Below, in pieces: positions 55,084-61,698 of a stretch of DNA of 61,698 bases. Every line of letters starts with the position of its first letter. Position 1 is the stretch's first letter. The notes below the pieces were generated by a model that made no database searches, was not told the DNA's origin, and saw only the letters and a program-made list of their open reading frames with translations. A program made the translations under genes and the position numbers. This DNA is from Acidimicrobiia bacterium (GTDB lineage Bacteria > Actinomycetota > Acidimicrobiia > IMCC26256 > JAENVU01). The stretch covers positions 1 through 61,698 of the forward strand of contig JANPBJ010000183.1 in assembly GCA_031430375.1 (NCBI GenBank), given 5' to 3'.

Positions 55084-55284
55084 TTAGTCCTTGGTGGCGA
55101 CGGCGTTGGGCGTGACGTTCATCTTGGGGACGTACTCCTCGGTCGCGATCGTCCGCTGCGCGCCGGGGTACTTCGCGTGGAGTGCGGCCACGCACTCTGG
55201 ACATGGTCCGTAGAACCGAACCTCGACCTCACGGTCGCAGCGAGGGCAGGTCAACGAGAGCAGGTCAAGGCATTGAGTCTCCAC
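55084..55284 (-). CDS. Small Zn-binding hypothetical protein
   Basis: CPRC ... FYGPCPEC ... PKMNVTPNAVA.KD. Confidence 0.7.
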   Translation of the reverse strand: METQCLDLLSLTCPRCDREVEVRFYGPCPECVAALHAKYPGAQRTIATEEYVPKMNVTPNAVATKD

Positions 55285-55415
55285 AGGATTCTTCCGATGC
55301 TCGGCGACGAGTCCAGCAGCACCGTACGCGGCGAGGAGCGGTCAACCGCGGATATCAGCCACGGTCGCGCTCGGCACCAGTAGGTTCGGGCGTTCACGGC
55401 AACGAAAGGGACGGC

Positions 55416-55943
55416 GTGGACAACTTCGACGGAATCAACGCGGGATTGCTGATCCTGCGGGTGGCAGTGGGAATCGTCATGATCGCCCACGGTTACAACC
55501 ACATCTTTCGAGGCGGAAAGATCGACGGTACGGCCGGCTGGTTCGAGTCGCTCGGGATGAAACCGGGGATCCTGCACGCGTGGCTTGCGAGTCTCACCGA
55601 ACTGGGCGCGGGCGCGATGTTGATTCTCGGGTTTCTGACTCCGCTCGCCAGCGGGGGGGTCGTGGGCGTGATGCTCGTGGCGCTCATCACGAACCACTTG
55701 AAGAATGGCTTCTTCATCTTCCGGCCGGGCGAGGGTTACGAGTACGTACTCACGCTGTTACTCACGGGCATCGCGATTGCCGGCATCGGCGCCGGCCAAT
55801 GGTCGATCGATGACTCGATCGATTCGGTGTGGCTCTTCGGTTGGAAGGGTTTGCTGACTGCGCTCGTCGCCGGTGGTGGCGGCGCGATCGCCCTGCTCGT
55901 CGTGTTCTGGCGTCCGGTGAAGAAAGACGCCTCCGCAAGCTGA
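55416..55943 (+). CDS. DoxX family membrane protein
   Basis: LRVAVG..MIAHG, GTAGWFESLG, E.GAG..L.LG.LTP, GYEY. Confidence 0.9.
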   Translation: MDNFDGINAGLLILRVAVGIVMIAHGYNHIFRGGKIDGTAGWFESLGMKPGILHAWLASLTELGAGAMLILGFLTPLASGGVVGVMLVALITNHLKNGFFIFRPGEGYEYVLTLLLTGIAIAGIGAGQWSIDDSIDSVWLFGWKGLLTALVAGGGGAIALLVVFWRPVKKDASAS

Positions 55944-55958
55944 CCGAAGCGGTACTGG

Positions 55959-56873
55959 TTACGGGACCGTCGAGAGGTGCAGCGTCTGGTTGGCACCTTC
56001 GCTCACGGTCGCGAGTGCCTTGCCGTCGGCCCGAAAGCCGACCGCCTCGCCTTGAGCCTCGGCCGGAACCGGAGCGCTGCACGCCGTACCGCCGAATGCC
56101 GTCCAAAGCTTCGAGGTGACGTTGCGGTTATAGACCAACACCTTGCCATAGGTGCGGACCGCGACGGCCTTGCCGTCGGCCGTCACGTCGGCCGCGGTGA
56201 CCGCGTTGGTGAGGCCGGCGCCGAGAGGAAGCGTTCCGACGTTGGTGAGTGCGGTGGTGCTCCCGGCTGCCAGGTTGGCCGGCGCCTGATAGACGTTGAC
56301 CGGGCCGCCGGTGAGGGACTTCGCGACGATGACGAGGTCGCCGAACACCGGATCGACCATGAAGGCTTCAGCATCATGAGCACCGTCGGGATAGGTCAGG
56401 TGCAGTGTCTCCACCGCGGGCAGCGTCGCCACCGCGGGCAAGCCAGTAAGTGGGACCGCGGGTTCGACAACTCGGTAGACCTGGACCTCGGCCCGATTCC
56501 CGGGATTGTCCCCAATGTCGGCGGCGTAGATCGTGCCGGATCCGGGAGTGGGCCCGGAGACCACGGCGATGTCTTCCCAGTCGAGCGCGGTGGTGGCAGC
56601 GAACGCATACGTGCCGCGTGTGGCTCCCGCGGCATCGAGAGCGAAGACGCGGGCGGTGTCCCCGGAGTCGTTATGGACCCACCAGATACCTGGGTTCCTC
56701 ACGCCGATGTGGATTCCCGATATCTCGACGAGCGCAGCATCACCGATGGGGCCAGCGGTCGAAGTCACCAGGGACTTCTTGCACGTGGCGTCAAAGATCG
56801 GTGCGCACGCGACGGGAATCAACCCCACGACCGCAGCAAGGACTATCTGGACCGACCGCCGAATCACTCCCAT
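55959..56873 (-). CDS. Secreted beta-propeller-like lipoprotein
   Basis: Lipobox-like PVAC; EISG, HNDSG, DWEDIA, DIGDN, HDAEA, VRTY, QGEAV. Confidence 0.75.
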   Translation of the reverse strand: MGVIRRSVQIVLAAVVGLIPVACAPIFDATCKKSLVTSTAGPIGDAALVEISGIHIGVRNPGIWWVHNDSGDTARVFALDAAGATRGTYAFAATTALDWEDIAVVSGPTPGSGTIYAADIGDNPGNRAEVQVYRVVEPAVPLTGLPAVATLPAVETLHLTYPDGAHDAEAFMVDPVFGDLVIVAKSLTGGPVNVYQAPANLAAGSTTALTNVGTLPLGAGLTNAVTAADVTADGKAVAVRTYGKVLVYNRNVTSKLWTAFGGTACSAPVPAEAQGEAVGFRADGKALATVSEGANQTLHLSTVP

Positions 56874-56952
56874 ACGGCGGAAGGGTAGCTCTGGGAACGG
56901 AGGGTGCGATCCCGTAGCCTGCGGGTCACCACTCACGCCTTCGGAGGCCGTC

Positions 56953-58374
56953 ATGCGTCAACTCACGGGACTGGACAGCAGCTTCCTCCGCATGGAGACG
57001 CCCACGACCTACGGACACGTGGCATCGCTGGCGATCTTTGACCCGTCGACCGCGCCGCGTCCGGTGGGCTACCACGAGATCCGGGAGCTCATCGAGGCGC
57101 GTTTGCACCTCGTACCGCAGTTCCGGCGTCGACTCGTGGAAGTTCCGCTCGGGCTCGATCACCCGTATTGGATCGAGGATCCAGACTTCGACCTCGACTT
57201 CCATCTGCGTCATATCGCGGTGCCGCCGCCGGGCGATCGCGGTCAGTTAGCCGAGCTCGCGGTGCGCATCGCGGCGCGCCACCTCGACCGGACGCGCCCG
57301 CTGTGGGAGATGTACGTGATCGAGGGCCTGGAAGGCGGCTTCATCGCAGAGCTCACCAAGATCCACCACGCGTGTATCGACGGGGTAGCCGGCGCGGAGA
57401 TTCTCGGCGTCTTGCTCGATCTCGAGCCCGAAGCACCGCCCACACCGCCGCCCGCGACTCCGTGGCAGTGGGAGCGCGAGCCGAGTTCACGCGAGATGTT
57501 GGCGCGCGGCATGTTGGGCGCAATGACCCAACCGCGCGTGGGGATGCGCCTCGCCCGGCAATCGGTTCCGGCACTCGGCGCGATCATGCGCAACTTCGCG
57601 CTGAGTGCGCCCGGGGTCAAAAAACGCGACGACGTGTTGTCGCGCCCGTCGGTCTCCGCTCCCCGCACTCCCTTCAATGGCGTGATCACGCCTCATCGGC
57701 GTTGGGCGTTCGGATCCCTGCCCATCAGTTCCGTCAAGACCGTGAAGAACGCGATGGGTGCGACCGTCAACGATGTTGTGATGGCGTTGTGTGCCGGCGC
57801 GCTCCGACGCTGGTTGATCGACCACGACGCATTGCCGGCGGGTCCGCTTCTTGCGATGGTTCCGGTCTCGATTCGCGACGACAGCGAGCGCGGCGTTGGT
57901 GGAAACAAGATCTCGGCGATGGTCGCGGTCTTGCCCACGGATGAGGCCGATCCGCGCCGGCGAATTGAAATGATGCAGGCGGAGATGGCCGTGGCCAAGG
58001 ACACCCACGGCGCCTTGCCGGCCACGCTGCTCCAAGACTTCGCCCAGTTCACGCCGCCGTCGGTGCTGGGAACCGCGAGTCGAGTTGCGGCACGCGCCCG
58101 GCTGATGGACCGGGTGAACCTGCCGTTCAACGTGGTGATCTCAAATGTGCCGGGCCCACAGTTTCCGCTGTACACGAGCGGCGCTCGCATGGAAGGGATC
58201 TATCCGATCTCGGCGATCGTCGACGGTGTTGGTCTCAACATGACCCTCATGTCGTACAACGGGAACCTCGACTTCGGCCTCGTGGCCGACCGCGACATGG
58301 TGCCGGACATCTGGTCGCTCATCGATTACCTCGGCGAGGAACTCGAGATCCTCGAGAAGTTGGCGACTACATAA
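56953..58374 (+). CDS. Wax ester synthase / diacylglycerol acyltransferase (WS/DGAT)
   Basis: Catalytic HHACIDG, LDRTRPLWE, TVNDV, ISNVPGP. Confidence 0.95.
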   Translation: MRQLTGLDSSFLRMETPTTYGHVASLAIFDPSTAPRPVGYHEIRELIEARLHLVPQFRRRLVEVPLGLDHPYWIEDPDFDLDFHLRHIAVPPPGDRGQLAELAVRIAARHLDRTRPLWEMYVIEGLEGGFIAELTKIHHACIDGVAGAEILGVLLDLEPEAPPTPPPATPWQWEREPSSREMLARGMLGAMTQPRVGMRLARQSVPALGAIMRNFALSAPGVKKRDDVLSRPSVSAPRTPFNGVITPHRRWAFGSLPISSVKTVKNAMGATVNDVVMALCAGALRRWLIDHDALPAGPLLAMVPVSIRDDSERGVGGNKISAMVAVLPTDEADPRRRIEMMQAEMAVAKDTHGALPATLLQDFAQFTPPSVLGTASRVAARARLMDRVNLPFNVVISNVPGPQFPLYTSGARMEGIYPISAIVDGVGLNMTLMSYNGNLDFGLVADRDMVPDIWSLIDYLGEELEILEKLATT

Positions 58375-58620
58375 TTGCTCGTCCGGCTTCGGCACGCTCG
58401 CGTTCGGGTCGTTCGAGGTGGTCGTGGGTAAGGACGCCTCCCTCGCGGCTCACCTCCGCTTCGCTCCGGTTCGTCTTGATTGCTCGTCCGGCTTTGACGT
58501 GGCCGCGGATGAATCGTTCGAGGTGGTCGTGGGTCGGGACGCCTACCTCGCGGCTCTCCTGTGCTTCGCTCCGGTTCGTTTTGATTGCTCGTCCGGCTTC
58601 GGCGTGGCCGCGGATGAATT
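58374..58620. repeat. 105-bp tandem repeat (about 2.3 copies) filling a convergent intergenic gap
   Basis: ATTGCTCGTCCGGCT recurs at 58374, 58479 and 58584, and the units align along their length. Confidence 0.9.
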
Positions 58621-60412
58621 ATTCGGTGCGGTTCCGGATGGCGGCGGTGAGCGCCGGGAGGACTTTGCGGTAATCGCCGATGATCCCGATGTCGGCGGCG
58701 TCGAATACGAGCGCATGGGGATCCGAGTTGATCGCGAGGACCGTGCCCGCGGTGCGCACTCCCACCATGTGGTTGAACTTGCCGTGCGCGCCGATGCTCA
58801 CGAACAGGCGAGGCGCGATGCTGCGACCGGTGATGCCGATTTGGCGGGAGCGGGGGAGCCAACCTCGGTCGGTGACCTTCCGGGTCGCGGCGAGTTCCGC
58901 GCCAAGCAGCTCGAGCAATGGGTCAAGCTCCGCGTAGTCGCTCGGATCCACACCTTGACCGATCCCTACCACCGCATGCGCGTCGGCGAGCGTGTCGAGG
59001 TTGTCGTCCCGGGTGCGCGCCAGAATCTCCACTCGGCTGTTCGACTCGAGCGGGATCACGGTGATCGGCGGCGTGTGCACGCGCGGGTCTCGATGGGGGA
59101 GAACGCCAGAGCGCACGGTGGCCATCTGGGGGCGGGTCGAGCAGCGAATCGCCGCGACGATTTGGCCACCGAAGGCGGGCTTCCACGCGACGAGATCGTC
59201 CGCATCTCGCTCGAGCTCCACCGCATCGCCGGTGAGGCCGGCACCGAGGGCCGCCGCGGTTCGAGCCGCCACCTCGCGGCCCCACGCAGTGCCTGGTGCG
59301 AGAATCGCCCATGGGTCGAGCGCCTGCGCCCAGATCACCACGCCAGCCGCGGTGTCCTGTTCGTTGGCGAGGACGATGCCTTCGAGATACACAATGCTGT
59401 CGGCGCCCCATGAGCCGAGTTGATCGATGGCCTGGGTGTCGAGCGGTTCGGTGACCAGTGCCACGGGTGACGCACCCAGGTCTCGGGCGGCTCCAAGGAG
59501 TTCGCGCGTCAGGCGCGCGCGTTCGGGCTCGACGATCACGCCGATCTCCACGGCTTCGAGATCGGCGACGCCTGCGACCGCGCCGTGATCGAGATCGGTG
59601 TCGTGATCACGATCGAGGGCACCGCGTTGGATGAGGAGCCCGACGGCCGCGTCGATCTGGTCGGCGAGTGATGCGGCGGGGTCGCGTCGGGTGAGGCGCG
59701 CTGATCCCACGTGGCGGGTTTCCCCGACGTGGGTGGGACTCGCGGCCGCGCCCCACGGACCGGGACCGAGGTCGTCCGCGCTGAGGGTGGCGATCCGATC
59801 GTTGGGAACGGCGGCGCGTCGGAGCGGGTCGACCTTGCACGGATCGATCAGCCGTTCTGCCGTGCTGACGACCGCCGGCAGGGCGACTCGAACCTGGGCC
59901 CACCCGTCGTCATGCTCCGCGCGGATGTCGAGTGTGTTCTCCGCGAGTGTGAGGTGACGCGCGCCGGTGACGAAGGGAAGCCCGAGCAGCTGCGCCAGTT
60001 CAGGACCTACTTGGCCAGTATCGGCATCGACGGAGTTGCGGCCGGTGAGTACGAGATCGAATGGGCCTTCACGCTCTAGGGCCGCCGCCAGGGCTCTGGC
60101 GGTGGCAAGCGTGTCGGAACCGGCGAACGCGGGGTCGGTGATGAGAAATCCGACGGTGGAGACGTCGTGGTCGGCTCCCCAGGCGATCGCCTCGCGCAGG
60201 CAATCCGCCGCGGTCGGGGGGCCCAGTGTGAAGACCGTCACGGTGGCGCCCGGGGTTGCCGCAGCCAATGCGACCGCTTGGGCGATCGCGCGGCGGCAAT
60301 AGGCGCTGAGCTCGAGTTCGAGACCGGTGCGTACGAGTCGCCCGTCGGCACCGAGGGCCATTTCTTCGAACGCGGGGATCTGCTTGACCAAGGCAGCGAT
60401 TCGGAGGCTCAT
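58619..60412 (-). CDS. Electron transfer flavoprotein beta-alpha fusion
   Basis: Beta half: LVKQIP, AGSDTLATA, GRNSVDADTGQVG. Alpha half: KPAFGG, ATRKVTD.GW, QIGITG, AINSD. Confidence 0.9.
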   Translation of the reverse strand: MSLRIAALVKQIPAFEEMALGADGRLVRTGLELELSAYCRRAIAQAVALAAATPGATVTVFTLGPPTAADCLREAIAWGADHDVSTVGFLITDPAFAGSDTLATARALAAALEREGPFDLVLTGRNSVDADTGQVGPELAQLLGLPFVTGARHLTLAENTLDIRAEHDDGWAQVRVALPAVVSTAERLIDPCKVDPLRRAAVPNDRIATLSADDLGPGPWGAAASPTHVGETRHVGSARLTRRDPAASLADQIDAAVGLLIQRGALDRDHDTDLDHGAVAGVADLEAVEIGVIVEPERARLTRELLGAARDLGASPVALVTEPLDTQAIDQLGSWGADSIVYLEGIVLANEQDTAAGVVIWAQALDPWAILAPGTAWGREVAARTAAALGAGLTGDAVELERDADDLVAWKPAFGGQIVAAIRCSTRPQMATVRSGVLPHRDPRVHTPPITVIPLESNSRVEILARTRDDNLDTLADAHAVVGIGQGVDPSDYAELDPLLELLGAELAATRKVTDRGWLPRSRQIGITGRSIAPRLFVSIGAHGKFNHMVGVRTAGTVLAINSDPHALVFDAADIGIIGDYRKVLPALTAAIRNRTE

Positions 60413-60424
60413 CGGCGGTGAATC

Positions 60425-61315
60425 CTACGAGTCGGGCGGAGTGAGGGATCGCAGTGCTGCGAGCTGCTCGCAATAGTGGTTCGCCGAATGATGGATCAAC
60501 CGCACCGCGAGGCCGGTGGCGCCGATGGATTTCAGGCGTCCGATTTGTTGCGCGGTCCGGTCGGGGTCCGCTCCCGGGTCCCACGGGCGGTCGTTCTGGA
60601 GGATGACCTCGAGTGGAACCGTGCGGTCATTCCAAGCGGCGGTGTCCCGGGCGCGGCTGAGCAAGTCGGCGAGTTCGGTGGTACGCAGGCCAAACGGTGC
60701 CCACGCGTCGCCGAGTTCAACCGCGCGGCGCAGAGATCGCGCAGTGTGCCCGCCGACCCAGAGCGGCACGTGCGTCTGGACCGCATGCGGCTCGACGAGC
60801 ACGTTCTCGAACGAGAAGTGGTCACCGTGGTAGTTCGGTAGGCGTTGGGAGAGCGCGGCGCGTAGCGCACGCATTGCGTCGTCGGCGATCACACCGCGCC
60901 CGGCGAACTCTGCGCCGAGCAGTGCGAACTCTTCTTCGAGTGATCCGGAGCCGACGCCGAGAATGATCCGACCGCCGCTCACGGCGTCGAGTGTGCCGTA
61001 CCGCTTCGCCAGTGCGAGCGGGTGGTGGTACCCGAGCACGAGAACGAAGGTGGCGAGCTTGATCGTGGTGGTCCGAGCCGCGAGATAGCCGAACACCGCG
61101 AGCGGATCCCAGTAGGTGCCACCACGGGCGTTGGCAACGTCGATGGGAACCGCGATGTGCTCACTACAGGTGCAGAAGTCGTAACCAAGGTGCTCGGCTG
61201 CGGAGACGACCTGCGTGATGTCGGTGATCCCTGCGGTCGTTTCCCAACTCGCATGCGCGCCGGGTATACGAGTGACCACGGGAGTGACGATGCCGAGGGT
61301 GAAGGTCGAGATCAC
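60425..61315 (-). CDS. LLM-class F420-dependent oxidoreductase
   Basis: AEHLGY, SEH, DP, LDAVSGGRIILGVG, WVGG, RRAVELGD.W. Confidence 0.9.
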   Translation of the reverse strand: MISTFTLGIVTPVVTRIPGAHASWETTAGITDITQVVSAAEHLGYDFCTCSEHIAVPIDVANARGGTYWDPLAVFGYLAARTTTIKLATFVLVLGYHHPLALAKRYGTLDAVSGGRIILGVGSGSLEEEFALLGAEFAGRGVIADDAMRALRAALSQRLPNYHGDHFSFENVLVEPHAVQTHVPLWVGGHTARSLRRAVELGDAWAPFGLRTTELADLLSRARDTAAWNDRTVPLEVILQNDRPWDPGADPDRTAQQIGRLKSIGATGLAVRLIHHSANHYCEQLAALRSLTPPDS

Positions 61316-61468
61316 TCGCTGGTTCTAGCTCTTCTGTGGATAGGAGGGCCGGTCCCGGGTCGTAACTTGGTGCCTGCATCGCTCTCGGAACCCGCTTTAA
61401 CACCACGCTCACACTCGGTTCCCCATAGTGGTCGTCCGATGATCTCCTGCGGCGGGGTTGGATCCGTC

Positions 61469-61698
61469 ATGGCACCAGCAGGCCACTGACGGGTGCTGAC
61501 GGGGCTCGAGACCGAGGTGCAGCGTGCGGTCGACGGGGCTGCACCAAGCTGTGGATGCTCGGGACCGTGGCGCGTTGGCCCAGGCGGGCTCGGACGCCGA
61601 GTTCGCGGCCATGGACATCGAGTTGCAGTACACGGGCCGCGTCGAAGTGGATCACGACCGTATCGAGTCCTGGCAGAGCCAACGCCGGCTGCACAAGG
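61469..61698 (+). pseudogene. Possible degenerate N-terminus of a DUF222-like gene (runs off the window)
   Basis: Broken frames VLTGLETEVQRAVDG / LHQAVDARDRGALAQAGSDAEFAAMDIELQ, with an early stop and a frameshift. The resemblance is weak. Confidence 0.2.

Noticed and set aside
58418-59413. 331-aa plus-strand ORF with a 35-aa repeat
   Set aside because: It is the 105-bp DNA repeat read through into the antisense strand of the ETF gene.

Overview
High-GC actinobacterial chromosomal window. The gene repertoire (WhiB, F420-dependent LLM, WS/DGAT, Rv2191/trpD and Rv2229c/Rv2228c/rnpB-type synteny, many leaderless starts) suggests Acidimicrobiia; the class assignment is an inference. The housekeeping backbone includes an AddAB/AdnAB-type helicase-nuclease pair, a class A PBP, a Zn-ribbon/RNase HI/membrane protein/histidine phosphatase operon, RNase P RNA, a CaCA antiporter, WhiB, an ABC1 kinase, trpD, a DnaQ-UvrC fusion with a LexA box, and lipid catabolism genes. 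Three surface-glycan gene groups, an arsR-aquaporin/arsI module, several REP-like or tandem repeats and about seven decayed gene fragments are interspersed. I found no CRISPR array, tRNA, rRNA, integrase or transposase, and I cannot claim an unambiguous new system. The best leads are: (i) a decayed accessory island at the 3' end of rnpB with an AbiEi-type antitoxin, a truncated nucleotidyltransferase toxin and a broken WhiB; (ii) a LexA box shared by dnaQ-uvrC and a divergent unknown 71-aa Zn protein, plus a PafBC-like promoter at the addAB-like genes; (iii) a GT9/phosphoglycosyl transferase/flavoenzyme operon in a monoderm. All family calls come from motif recognition by eye, not database searches.
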